From a virus (taxonomy: Duplodnaviria; Caudoviricetes), in IMG/VR virus record IMGVR_UViG_3300036546_000144, positions 1 through 33,905 of that record: 33,905 bases of DNA; one strand, given 5' to 3'. Within the stretch, counting starts at the first letter, position 1. Each line of letters opens with the position of its first letter. Below the pieces are notes generated by a model. The model saw only the letters and a list, made by a program, of their open reading frames with translations. It was not told the origin of the DNA and ran no database searches. Below, one piece after another: positions 25,027-33,905 of this stretch. The position numbers and the translations under genes are program-made.

Positions 25027-25638
25027 ATGAATAAAGTAGTATGGAACAAAAACGCAGTGTGGGCACGTGACTGTAAAGATCACCCGGAAGTTCGAAGTAC
25101 GTCGTATGGTGAAGTATTCGAGATATTAGGCACTGCTGGGTGTTCACGAGAAGAACCGTTTTGGTCATGGATGGTGTTGGGGGTTTTGGAGACCGAACGC
25201 GGTAAACAGTTGGTGTGTCCCGGTGACAGCATCATTGAAATTGTAGAGGGTGTATACCTGGTGACAAGTGACACTGATTTGGCTGTCAAAATAGTAAATA
25301 GGACCCAACCCCAATATCCAATAATAGGTACAATCAATTTGTACCTGAATCCACACTCGTTCAGTGATGACCGTTTGGGTAGACTTTTAAAGTTTAAACC
25401 GACGAAAGACGGACCGAAGCTCCCGATGTCCACTACCAAATATAAAGCTACTCCCCAAAATACTGAGAAATACGGTAACGTCGAGTTAACTTTCATATCC
25501 AATCATGAAATCTTTGATCTGAATACTTGGGACGGTTTCAATGATGTTTCTCAAGTTACAGAATTTTTGTCGAACGGGACTAGTGAGCGACAGGTCTACT
25601 TATTCTTTAAGGAGTTCTTACGTCTTATCTGTACGTGA
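25027..25638 (+). CDS. Hypothetical protein
   Basis: 203 aa, AAGGA RBS. Confidence 0.75.
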   Translation: MNKVVWNKNAVWARDCKDHPEVRSTSYGEVFEILGTAGCSREEPFWSWMVLGVLETERGKQLVCPGDSIIEIVEGVYLVTSDTDLAVKIVNRTQPQYPIIGTINLYLNPHSFSDDRLGRLLKFKPTKDGPKLPMSTTKYKATPQNTEKYGNVELTFISNHEIFDLNTWDGFNDVSQVTEFLSNGTSERQVYLFFKEFLRLICT

Positions 25639-25903
25639 AGTAAAAACTACGGGTTTTAATATCTTATAGACAAAAAAGTCGCCATAAAACAAATAAGGGG
25701 GGTGAATTGCTACTTAATCTATTTGCCCCCTGGGCAATCCTTTAAAATACTTTCCATAAAAAGCCGCTTTGACAAAACATTTTGTGGTATGTCAGTGACG
25801 TCGTGTAGGACTTGAGACTGACGATAAAAAAAAATGCTAAGGAGGGACTGACCCCCTCCTTAACTTTTATACGGTTTCTTTTTTTTTTTGAGGATAAACG
25901 TTA

Positions 25904-26248
25904 ATGAAAGCTATTCCCGTAAAGATAGTGGGCGACCAAGGGTTTAAGAAATGTGACTTACAAGAATGTACTCACGTGATGATACATATACCCAGCAGAA
26001 CCTACCCCGAATCACTACCCGTCATTCTGAAAGGTAGTCGCGACAATAGTGGGGGATGTTGGAGTTGGAATGGCGACTCTCTTGATCCCACTTTAAGACC
26101 CAGTATTTTAACTGTGAATCCAGGGACAGGTTTTCGGTGCCACAGTTTTGTTAATGATGGAAAGGCTAAATTCCTTACCGACTGTAGCCATAACTTAGTT
26201 GGTCAGGAAGTGGATCTTTTAGAGGTCGACCCAAAATTTTACCAGTGA
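25904..26248 (+). CDS. DUF6527-like metal-binding protein
   Basis: WSWNGDSLDPTLRPSIL...RCHSFVNDGKAKFLTDCSHNLVGQEVDL; GAGGA RBS. Family from motif recall. Confidence 0.7.
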   Translation: MKAIPVKIVGDQGFKKCDLQECTHVMIHIPSRTYPESLPVILKGSRDNSGGCWSWNGDSLDPTLRPSILTVNPGTGFRCHSFVNDGKAKFLTDCSHNLVGQEVDLLEVDPKFYQ

Positions 26249-26496
26249 AATAAAGAGTTCTCTCAACACAATACTATAGGGGGCGGCCGCAATCAAGACA
26301 AATCCGATTAGGGGTACGTTGAGACCACCACTTGAACAGGAAAGCGTTGTTAGGTCGCTCTTTTTATATGACTCTGGGTGTGACACCTTAAACCGAATGC
26401 TTGTCGTTTTCTCCCCTTTTACGACAACTTCGTCCATGTCCACTCAGAGTCTCCCACCTTTTTTTATACGCTTATTTTTTTATAGGGAGCAACGTT

Positions 26497-26739
26497 GTGG
26501 TTAAAAAGGTTCAGGTTAGGATAAAGCGTGGGGCCACTATTTTACACAACAATAAATTAGGTAAGTGGCCTGTAACTGAGAAAGGGCGGATGGAACATGT
26601 AGATATGATCTTTGATGGGGTTCACAAGATTCTAAATGGTGAGGTTTTGTGGGAGTGCACATCCAAGGGATACGGAAGTACAGGACATTATGGTCACGGT
26701 ACAATTACAGTATTTGACCAGGCAGTTGAGGTCGTTTAG
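26497..26739 (+). CDS. Hypothetical protein
   Basis: GTG 26497 after AGGGAG, in frame with the track ORF 26401; followed by the hairpin CTCCTAGCCCC/GGGGCTAGGAG. Confidence 0.6.
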   Translation: MVKKVQVRIKRGATILHNNKLGKWPVTEKGRMEHVDMIFDGVHKILNGEVLWECTSKGYGSTGHYGHGTITVFDQAVEVV

Positions 26740-26863
26740 TCTCCTAGCCCCACAAAGGGGCTAGGAGCTCCACTATACCGTTTTAAAGTTAAAAGTCACA
26801 TAGATCCACCATCTTATAGGAACGTCCCGTAGAAGCCAAAATAGAAAGTTCTAGGGATTGTGT

Positions 26864-26888
26864 TAAAATTAATTCAGGTATATATTAT
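26864..26888 (+). promoter_or_regulatory. Phage early promoter motif, copy 6
   Basis: TAAAATTAATTCAGGTATATATTAT. Confidence 0.75.
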
Positions 26889-26926
26889 CTAGGTAGACAC
26901 TTTACACTAGAGAAGGAAATGATGAC

Positions 26927-27427
26927 ATGCGGTTACCTTGTTTTAATGACGTGCATCCCAAACCACTAGAACACTGTCGACCCAATCAGTTGGTGAACAT
27001 CTACCTGATGACGTCTTATCTTTATTACCATTTGGACGAAAGTGTGATAACAGATGCTGAGTTCGATTACGTCTGCACTGAACTATATAAACATTTTGAC
27101 GACATTACACACCAGCACAAATATCTGATAGATAAGGATCAGCTAATAGCCGGTACAGGCTACTATATAGCCCACAACGAGTTTCCCAATATCGTAATAG
27201 GCGGTGCTAAGATGTGGTTAAAGGAGTCCCTCTCGCGACAAGGTCGTTGGGGGACACGAAAAGTAAAAAAGTCCCAAAAGGAATACGTCCGTAAGAAGAT
27301 CATTGCTAATACAGTGGAGGAGATTAATGGTTGCATGTCCAACATGGGTTTATGGGATGCCAGCATTAATTCCATCGACCGGATAAATCCCCGTACAGTA
27401 GTGGCCACCGTTGACTGTTTAGAATAA
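26927..27427 (+). CDS. Protein containing an NAD+-dependent DNA ligase domain Ia-like module
   Basis: SYLYYHLDESVITDAEFDYVCTEL matches the LigA Ia pattern YY-x-x-D-x-P-x-I-S-D-A-E-Y-D; no KxDG adenylation motif. Confidence 0.65.
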   Translation: MRLPCFNDVHPKPLEHCRPNQLVNIYLMTSYLYYHLDESVITDAEFDYVCTELYKHFDDITHQHKYLIDKDQLIAGTGYYIAHNEFPNIVIGGAKMWLKESLSRQGRWGTRKVKKSQKEYVRKKIIANTVEEINGCMSNMGLWDASINSIDRINPRTVVATVDCLE

Positions 27428-27450
27428 CTTGACAATTAAGGAATCCAGTT

Positions 27451-28014
27451 GTGATATACGTCCTCCCAATCAACGAAATGTCCCGCTCGTTTCATGGTCA
27501 AACCTTACGTTTCCTGGAAGAGAAAGAGCTCGACCCTTCAATGTTCTCTTTTGCTAAATGTGAAGCGCTTGTAACGGCCGTCCTTTACAGGGTTTTGTAT
27601 GACAAGTTTTATTGGATCCCCTACGAGGAAGAAAGGCATCACGCTGGCCTAAGTGTTAACGACGACGGGGCAGTCGTCATGACATTCCAACCCTTGTCTT
27701 CTAATAGTCAGCTCTATAACGCTGAAGAAGAATATGTAAGAGCCTTGACTCGACTGTTCGATTGGATGACCACAGATGCCGAAGAAGAAGACTTGTGCAA
27801 CCCCACCGTTTTGAAAGAAGTGATGATTACCAATCAGTATGATTCGACGGTTGTGGATGACGTGTGGTTATCTATCAACGAGTTAGTGAAAATGGCTATA
27901 CCAGAGAAAACCTGGAAAGTTTGGGAAGTCCAACGTCTGGGCTGCGACCTGTACTTGAAAGAAGGTGAAGATTATCGCATCAAAGATTGGATGAAGCGCC
28001 ACCGGGGAGTTTAA
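27451..28014 (+). CDS. Hypothetical protein
   Basis: GTG start after AAGGA; first of a tightly packed run leading to the DNA polymerase. Confidence 0.75.
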   Translation: MIYVLPINEMSRSFHGQTLRFLEEKELDPSMFSFAKCEALVTAVLYRVLYDKFYWIPYEEERHHAGLSVNDDGAVVMTFQPLSSNSQLYNAEEEYVRALTRLFDWMTTDAEEEDLCNPTVLKEVMITNQYDSTVVDDVWLSINELVKMAIPEKTWKVWEVQRLGCDLYLKEGEDYRIKDWMKRHRGV

Positions 28015-28019
28015 CCGAA

Positions 28020-28466
28020 ATGGTTAAAAACTACGTATTTAATATCGCGGACTGTGAGAAAATTATCCAACACGGACTGGAACCTTACATCGGTGTGGTG
28101 GTACTCTACTCTAACTTCCAGCCCATTGTTCACTCAATGGTGGAAAACTATCTGTACGGTAGTCCTTTGTCGTCCTTACCTCAAATCACAGGTATGGTTC
28201 GCGCGTATGGGGTCCCAACTGACGTCGCAGAGGAAATCGTCCTTTCAGCCAAAAACCCACTGACCTTAATGCTCTATGAGGTTATGGGCCCACTGAATCC
28301 GGATTCAGCCTATGACTTTGAGATCACGCCACTTGGGGACCTTAAAATAACCGAGATGACTGCCCAACCACCTACTGAAGAACAGCTATTCATAGAAAGT
28401 ATACGGGAAGGCGTGAGTCGCGGCGATTACTACCCCGAGCATCTCAGGCGTTTAGCAGGAGTATAA
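28020..28466 (+). CDS. Hypothetical protein
   Basis: ATG 28020 after GGGGAG. Confidence 0.75.
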   Translation: MVKNYVFNIADCEKIIQHGLEPYIGVVVLYSNFQPIVHSMVENYLYGSPLSSLPQITGMVRAYGVPTDVAEEIVLSAKNPLTLMLYEVMGPLNPDSAYDFEITPLGDLKITEMTAQPPTEEQLFIESIREGVSRGDYYPEHLRRLAGV

Positions 28467-28468
28467 CG

Positions 28469-28873
28469 GTGCAATATACCAAAGAACCCTTTTACAAAAT
28501 GGTGATCGCTCGTAATGAGGTCCCGTTAGTCCGTCAGGACGTTTTGTCGGGGTTGGGGTATAGTCAAGACATGTTTGTCTCGTATGTGGTATTCACACTG
28601 CCGCTATTAGACTTGAGCGACGTCGATGGTTCGATTTCGTCATTTCTTGATGAGTTGATATCTGATGTATTGAATATAGAGGAGTCCCTCCCGGAATGGG
28701 TGGGCTTCCTTTATGATGAGTATTATAAAGTGGCGTACCAGCTCTCTAAATACACCTTCCCTTATCTGGATAATATTTCTAGTATGGAAAATGTGTTTCT
28801 AGAAGGGTTGTCACTGACCAACTCCCCCCAAGACCCGTATTACGTTATTGAATTTGAGATTTATACCGAATGA
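28469..28873 (+). CDS. Hypothetical protein
   Basis: GTG after AGGAG; ATGA overlap with the next gene. Confidence 0.75.
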   Translation: MQYTKEPFYKMVIARNEVPLVRQDVLSGLGYSQDMFVSYVVFTLPLLDLSDVDGSISSFLDELISDVLNIEESLPEWVGFLYDEYYKVAYQLSKYTFPYLDNISSMENVFLEGLSLTNSPQDPYYVIEFEIYTE

Positions 28874-29316
28874 ACGAAAAGGAACGCATTATGCGATTAA
28901 AGCAAGGCATCTTTTATATGAACGTGGTGTTGGATACCCGTTCGATTTATATGAGGGTGTTGGATTCAATTTCGGCATTATCGGAAGGTGACGTTACCTC
29001 CACGAATATTCTAGAGTGTACGTTTCGAGCGTGGTCGATGTCCACTAACTCCATCGTAGACCTCAATTGCAATGGTTTTATAAGTCCACGTGATGCCATA
29101 ATGATCACGGTAGCTGAATTCTGTGGAGCCGACGCCAGAAGTTCCGATGTGGGGTGTGAAACCAAGTTCACTAAACTGTGTGAACTCTGTCACGACATTT
29201 ATTTGGACATTGCACCCCAACTCGATAACGCGTGGTTCCTGGTTAATGAAGTGCGTGACATAAAAGTCAAGCGCTTTGTTGGGAAGGACATGGTTGTGGA
29301 AATTGAATACAATTAA
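28870..29316 (+). CDS. Hypothetical protein
   Basis: 148 aa, translationally coupled. Confidence 0.7.
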   Translation: MNEKERIMRLKQGIFYMNVVLDTRSIYMRVLDSISALSEGDVTSTNILECTFRAWSMSTNSIVDLNCNGFISPRDAIMITVAEFCGADARSSDVGCETKFTKLCELCHDIYLDIAPQLDNAWFLVNEVRDIKVKRFVGKDMVVEIEYN

Positions 29317-29329
29317 ACAGGTGGTCGAA

Positions 29330-29800
29330 ATGATAAGTGAAAACATCATAATTGACAGTGAAGTAGATTACCGGATTTTCTACGCCACGACCTCAGCAAT
29401 GTCGAATGTTGATTATGACCCTATTGAAGTCACTGCCTTAATCTTCAATGAGTTGAGGTCGGCAACCGCTATAGAAGAGCGCCTTGAGGCGTTAGCCGAA
29501 TCTTTCAAAGATAGGGGACGTTCACCCGATGACATTAAAGACGGTCAAATCCTTTCGGTTGCAGTAAGGACGTTGGCTTTTTCTATGTTGGAGTGGGTTC
29601 GTAAAATTGGACTTTACAACGAACAAGGCAAGATGACTTATACATTTGAAGAACTCTTGTCGGGTAAAACCGTTCGACTCAGTAGAGACACGTGCTCAAC
29701 CAAAGTCAGTATTCCAGCTGGACCTTTGAAAAACTTTTTTCAAGAATGGTTAAACGAAATAAGAAGTACGAACGACAAAAAACTTAGACTTATAAGGTGA
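29330..29800 (+). CDS. Hypothetical protein
   Basis: ATG 29330 after AGGTGG, in frame with the track ORF 29276. Confidence 0.7.
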   Translation: MISENIIIDSEVDYRIFYATTSAMSNVDYDPIEVTALIFNELRSATAIEERLEALAESFKDRGRSPDDIKDGQILSVAVRTLAFSMLEWVRKIGLYNEQGKMTYTFEELLSGKTVRLSRDTCSTKVSIPAGPLKNFFQEWLNEIRSTNDKKLRLIR

Positions 29801-29808
29801 AGTCGTGA

Positions 29809-30120
29809 ATGAAATACGTCATTGTTGAGTGTTCCGAAATCACACTTGCACTGAAGATAGTGCAGCGTATCATTTTCCCAGACTGTGAGGTCGGGTACGA
29901 AGCTAAACAACAGTGTCGGTCGGCAGTTGAAGAATTGCTTCTGAGTTACTTAGGTATCCGCGACACTCTGTTGGAAGATGATAGTATCTGGGTATACGAG
30001 GAATGTTGTGACCTCTTTGAGTTACTGACAACCAGACCAATCTGGCAGGACTACGAACACGAAATCGAAGCTGTAAAGTTGATTGATTTCAGGGGTGGTC
30101 TACTAATTGAATTAAAGTGA
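29809..30120 (+). CDS. Hypothetical protein
   Basis: 103 aa, in an operon. Confidence 0.7.
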   Translation: MKYVIVECSEITLALKIVQRIIFPDCEVGYEAKQQCRSAVEELLLSYLGIRDTLLEDDSIWVYEECCDLFELLTTRPIWQDYEHEIEAVKLIDFRGGLLIELK

Positions 30121-30129
30121 GGGGGCGTC

Positions 30130-30537
30130 ATGTCCAATTTCGATTTATTGAAACCTAAAGCAGTCGTGAACTTTGATGTTTATCCTGCTGCTATACTGGG
30201 TTCTAATTTTAATAACGTTCGCGTTGAAGCTATACTGGATGCTGAGACCGCTCGAATGATTGGGTACGATCCGTGGAGTATGCATGTTAACGTGTATCCT
30301 ACGCTCCCTGAAGGGACACCTAATGACCCTAATGACTACCTCTTTGTCCGACTGAAGCTTGAGTCGGGGGAAAGTGCTATTGTAGGACTGCCTTGGATTC
30401 GAGAAGAGTCCATTGAACAAGTCAGTTACACCACCATTTCACTGAAGATTCCTAACGTGGGACCAGGTGACGTTGAGAAGGTGGTTAAAGCGTTGTCAGC
30501 GAATGGTTATAAAACCAGTGACATTAAATTGGTTTAA
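30130..30537 (+). CDS. Conserved phiKZ-family protein (probably gp49-like)
   Basis: VNFDVYPAAILG...HVNVYPTLPEGTPNDP...IVGLPWI; from recall it normally lies just before the DNA polymerase gene. Confidence 0.65.
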   Translation: MSNFDLLKPKAVVNFDVYPAAILGSNFNNVRVEAILDAETARMIGYDPWSMHVNVYPTLPEGTPNDPNDYLFVRLKLESGESAIVGLPWIREESIEQVSYTTISLKIPNVGPGDVEKVVKALSANGYKTSDIKLV

Positions 30538-30541
30538 TGAC

Positions 30542-30570
30542 GAGTCTCCTTCGGGAGACTCTTTTTTTTT
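30542..30570 (+). terminator. Intrinsic terminator (GAGTCTCC family)
   Basis: GAGTCTCC-TTCG-GGAGACTC followed by T9. Confidence 0.9.
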
Positions 30571-30616
30571 GTCTTAAACTATGAGTATACTCAAAAACCA
30601 CTAAAGGTCATTTAAA

Positions 30617-31321
30617 ATGTTTGAAAGAATGTTACTCTCCGGGACAGCCGGAGGGAAAGGAAAAGTGAAAAAGGCGGCTTTATTTAACCGACCCCTACTC
30701 GCCAGTGACGGTGGGGTCGATTGGTACGGGGAGGTTTCCAGTACTGAATTAATCGATGGGGTAGCGTTAGCCAGCCTGATAGGGTTAACCGCAGGTATAG
30801 CTCAGTACTCGGATGCAGGCTGGCTGTACGTCGGGTTAGACGGTACTGAATTATTAATCGCAAAACGTCCTTTGCGTTATGGCCTGACCTGGAACCATAT
30901 CAATGAGGTCAACGCCGTGTACGGGAACCGTACCATCGAAATAAACAGTCAGCTCTATAAAGTCCGCCTCCTTAAAGGGGCGAACTCCGACCCTACAGTA
31001 AACGCAGAAGGTTATGACGTTCCCTCCTCTCACGGGAGTGAATGGAACCGTATTTTCTACCGGTTAACCAATGACACCTACCTCAACAGTCAGAATACCA
31101 AAGCCTCTGAGGGCGAGTTTACTCACTTAGCCCGGTATTCCGAGAGTGATTTACTCTTGTACCACAGTTCCGGTAACGGGAGCTACTGCTACTGTCAAGA
31201 AACCTCAGGGAGTAACCGAGTCGCTCGCGGTGGCATGGGCGTTTCTTTCTTGAGTATGCGCGGGGCACCGACTGCGGATTCGGGCCGTGGTTGGCGTCCT
31301 GTACTCGAGCGCGTCAATTAA
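30617..31321 (+). CDS. MFERMLLSG paralog family copy 3
   Basis: Same conserved blocks as copies 1 and 2; ends GWRPVLERVN. Confidence 0.75.
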   Translation: MFERMLLSGTAGGKGKVKKAALFNRPLLASDGGVDWYGEVSSTELIDGVALASLIGLTAGIAQYSDAGWLYVGLDGTELLIAKRPLRYGLTWNHINEVNAVYGNRTIEINSQLYKVRLLKGANSDPTVNAEGYDVPSSHGSEWNRIFYRLTNDTYLNSQNTKASEGEFTHLARYSESDLLLYHSSGNGSYCYCQETSGSNRVARGGMGVSFLSMRGAPTADSGRGWRPVLERVN

Positions 31322-31334
31322 TAAAACATAGAAA

Positions 31335-31362
31335 AGAGTCCTCCCGTGGGTGGACTCTGTTT
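31335..31362 (+). terminator. Terminator-like hairpin, near copy of 8142-8169
   Basis: AGAGTCCTCCCGTGGGTGGACTCT. Confidence 0.65.
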
Positions 31363-31429
31363 ATGACCTAAAAGTCTTTTTTAACAGACAGGTTCTATAG
31401 TCTGAACGTAACAAAGGAGTTCTCTAAAG

Positions 31430-33571
31430 ATGAAGAATCATTTTTTAAAACCCGCCAATGAATACAGTCGTGACTTGAACGTTGTTAAGAACTATAAAGA
31501 AGATATGGCGTTGTTCTTGTCTAAACGCACCGGTAAACCACTTGAAGTGTGTCAGGAATACATGGAAAGGGAAACAGGGAAGGGTGGTAAGTTTGAACTC
31601 AAAGAACCTCGGGCACTGTGCTTGACCCGTAATAAACACGGGGACCGAGTTAAGGAGGCGATTCCCTATTCAGAATACCTCAGGGACATCGTCGAAAACA
31701 AACGCTTGATGTCACCTGCAATGACGGTCTACCTCAACCCCGAAGACAAGCCCAGTATTTTGGCTGAATACATCAGTCAGAACATCGCTAACCGTGCACG
31801 CGTTAAGAAAGAAGGTATCGCGGCTAAGATGGCGGGTGATCAAACGCTGGCTGACATCAAAGAAAACGAACAGACCACCTTTAAGATTGCCAACAACTCA
31901 TTGTCGGGTGCTCAGGTATCACCTCACACCATCTTGTATAACAAGTCAGCTCACTCCAGTTTGACCTCTACGTGTCGCACCGCCACCAGTTACGGTAACG
32001 CAAACAATGAAAAGTTTTTATGCGGTAACCGCCACTACTGGTGCCCGGACGTCGTGAAAGCGAACATTGTTTCTATCTTACGGCATGTTGACTTCGATCT
32101 CATCAAACAAGCAATGGATCACTTTAATCTACACTACCCAACCGCCGAGGAAGCGTTAGAGTGTGTAACCTATTCCACCGACTTGTATTGGAAGAACGAA
32201 CACGAAATTTCTGAAATTTTTGAACTATTGAAAAGACTCACGCCACTCGAGCGTGCTACGTTTATTTATGTAGGTGACCTCTACCACCTCAGGAAATACA
32301 ACGACGACGTAGTAAGGAAATTCATTGGGACGCTGTCCACCAAAGCAACGACCCCGTTGGACGATCCCGCGCCGTACATGACTAACTTGGATAATGACAC
32401 CAAGGCGTTTGTATCACTACTCTGTACGAAGGAGTTGAATGGTGAGGTATTGGATAAACTGGCCGATAAAGACCCAGAAGCCTATGCTAAAATAGCTCAC
32501 ACGGTTAAAAACACCTTTGAATGTCTTGACCAACACCAATTACTGATTAAAGCCTTTTGGACAACCGATAACGTCCCTGCAAGCATTGCCTATCTTAGGG
32601 ACAGTATCCGCCGTGCGGCTGTTACGTCAGACACAGACTCTACTATCTTCACGACACAAGATTGGGTAGAGTGGTATGTGGGTGAGATTAACTTCACAGA
32701 AGAAGCCAACGCTGTTTCGTACGTCATGGTCTACTTGGCCACACAAGCGATTATACACGTCCTGGCTATACAGTCTACAATCATGGGGGTTGTTCCAGAC
32801 AAACTCAATGTGTTGGCTATGAAGAACGAGTACGCCTTCCCGGTCTTCAGTTTGACGGCTATGGCAAAACATTATTACTCGTATATGTCGGCACGTGAAG
32901 GTAACGTGTTCAAGGAGTTTGACCTTGAAATCAAAGGAGTGTACCTAAAGGATTCCAACTGTCCCCCAGCAGTCATGAAACAAGCGCAAGACTTGATCTG
33001 TGACATAATGGACAATGTCATTGCCGGGAAGAAGATGTCTATAAACGCCCTTTATCAATTGATAGCGGGGATTGAAAAACAGATCATCGATTCCATTAAG
33101 TCAGGTTCTTCAGAATACTTGGCAGGTGGCTCTGTTAAAGACATAGGTTCCTACACCAATCCTTCATCTTCACCCTACCAGCATTATTTGTTGTGGCAAG
33201 CGATATTCGCTCCGGTTTATGGGGACGCACCTCCTCCCCCTTACTCAGCGGTTCGAATTTCTTTGGACATTAATAACAAAACTCAAATGCAGGCATGGGT
33301 CGATAGCATTCAAAACCCTGATATCAAAGAAAACCTTATCCGTTGGATGAAGGATCAGAATAAAACAGTTATACCCACACTTTTACTACCACGACCCGTT
33401 GTGGAAATGGTAGGGATTCCTAAAGAAATAGTACAAGGTATGGATATTCGTAAGATCGTGTTCTCGATCACGCGACCGTTCTACCTGATCCTGGAATCGC
33501 TCGGTGTTTATATGAAAAACGATAACAATACGCGTTTGATTTACGATACTGTATACGGTGAGACTATTTAG
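31430..33571 (+). CDS. Family B DNA polymerase, catalytic subunit (phiKZ gp50-like)
   Basis: Motif B-like KIANNSLSGA, motif C SDTDSTIF, AKHYY and EIKGV; no N-terminal exonuclease motifs, consistent with the split polymerase of this family; AAGGAG RBS. Confidence 0.88.
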   Translation: MKNHFLKPANEYSRDLNVVKNYKEDMALFLSKRTGKPLEVCQEYMERETGKGGKFELKEPRALCLTRNKHGDRVKEAIPYSEYLRDIVENKRLMSPAMTVYLNPEDKPSILAEYISQNIANRARVKKEGIAAKMAGDQTLADIKENEQTTFKIANNSLSGAQVSPHTILYNKSAHSSLTSTCRTATSYGNANNEKFLCGNRHYWCPDVVKANIVSILRHVDFDLIKQAMDHFNLHYPTAEEALECVTYSTDLYWKNEHEISEIFELLKRLTPLERATFIYVGDLYHLRKYNDDVVRKFIGTLSTKATTPLDDPAPYMTNLDNDTKAFVSLLCTKELNGEVLDKLADKDPEAYAKIAHTVKNTFECLDQHQLLIKAFWTTDNVPASIAYLRDSIRRAAVTSDTDSTIFTTQDWVEWYVGEINFTEEANAVSYVMVYLATQAIIHVLAIQSTIMGVVPDKLNVLAMKNEYAFPVFSLTAMAKHYYSYMSAREGNVFKEFDLEIKGVYLKDSNCPPAVMKQAQDLICDIMDNVIAGKKMSINALYQLIAGIEKQIIDSIKSGSSEYLAGGSVKDIGSYTNPSSSPYQHYLLWQAIFAPVYGDAPPPPYSAVRISLDINNKTQMQAWVDSIQNPDIKENLIRWMKDQNKTVIPTLLLPRPVVEMVGIPKEIVQGMDIRKIVFSITRPFYLILESLGVYMKNDNNTRLIYDTVYGETI

Positions 33572-33586
33572 TCTGACGGTATAGTG

Positions 33587-33614
33587 GAGAGTCTAGCCCT
33601 AGGGCTAGACTCTC
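33587..33614. terminator. 28-bp perfect palindrome between convergent genes
   Basis: GAGAGTCTAGCCCTAGGGCTAGACTCTC. Confidence 0.7.
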
Positions 33615-33619
33615 TGGTT

Positions 33620-33904
33620 TTATGCGCAGTGATACATGGATAAGTTATACTCATTAAAGAGTGCGTCCACTTTATCCATTTCTTCTTTAGACCGTTTCTT
33701 AGGTTGGGTGAGGATAGCTTCAGAACGATCGAAATCAAAGGGGAACGGTGGGATAGGGGTTTCTTTATTAGGGACTTCCAAATCCACTTTAGCCCAGGGA
33801 TGTAAAGACCCGTAACGATCAACGTAAACATCCACTTCCCACACCAAACCACCCTCGGCTTTAAGCTTAAATCGCTTCTTGCGAGTCCCGGTGTTGGAAA
33901 AGAC
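33620..33904 (-). CDS. C-terminal part of a CYTH-like (triphosphate tunnel) protein; start lies outside the window
   Basis: Open to the window edge: ...RKKRFKLKAEGGLVWEVDVYVD...WAKVDLEV..., matching the CYTH K-x-R / WEVD / x-E-V pattern. Confidence 0.6.
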   Translation of the reverse strand, partial: VFSNTGTRKKRFKLKAEGGLVWEVDVYVDRYGSLHPWAKVDLEVPNKETPIPPFPFDFDRSEAILTQPKKRSKEEMDKVDALFNEYNLSMYHCA

Positions 33905-33905
33905 T

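Noticed and set aside
25769-25796. Sigma70 promoter starting at TTGACA
   Set aside because: No acceptable -10 hexamer at 16-18 nt spacing.
8176-31321. Diversity-generating retroelement acting on the paralogs
   Set aside because: No reverse transcriptase or template repeat in the window, and differences between the 3' regions are not adenine-specific. A DGR elsewhere in the genome cannot be excluded.
1042-32872. Numerous short antisense or out-of-frame ORFs nested in long genes
   Set aside because: Shadow ORFs without RBS or motifs that overlap well-supported genes.
33568-33852. 94-aa minus-strand ORF
   Set aside because: Alternative frame of the CYTH-like gene; it runs through the palindromic terminator.
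1-33905. CRISPR array, rRNA, integrase/transposase or chimallin gene
   Set aside because: No regularly spaced direct repeats or matching motifs seen. Chimallin would be expected beyond the right edge by family synteny, so nucleus formation is inferred, not shown.

Overview
This window is a segment of a phiKZ-like, nucleus-forming jumbo phage genome (Chimalliviridae-type). From left to right it holds: the 5' end of the tail sheath gene (minus strand); a divergent operon of three virion structural genes plus the terminase large subunit; an accessory region of small genes; an SNase nuclease and an HNH/head-protein fusion; the tubulin PhuZ; a non-coding-rich tRNA region; a run of conserved hypotheticals; the catalytic part of the family B DNA polymerase; and a truncated CYTH-like gene. 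Six copies of a TTCARRTATATATTAY early-promoter motif lie on the + strand. phiKZ gene-number equivalences come from motif recall and synteny, not from a database search. The most unusual items are: (1) a tRNA gene split at its anticodon arm by a ~205-nt insert that carries an antisense copy of the tRNA D-arm, an intact tRNA(CAU), and the first 17 codons of an apparent HNH endonuclease; (2) a ~520-nt highly paired intergenic RNA candidate plus two smaller ones; (3) three dispersed paralogous genes with near-identical DNA ends and variable middles; (4) an origin-like non-coding locus with GNA-triloop DNA hairpins next to a stand-alone RecD2-type OB-fold gene.
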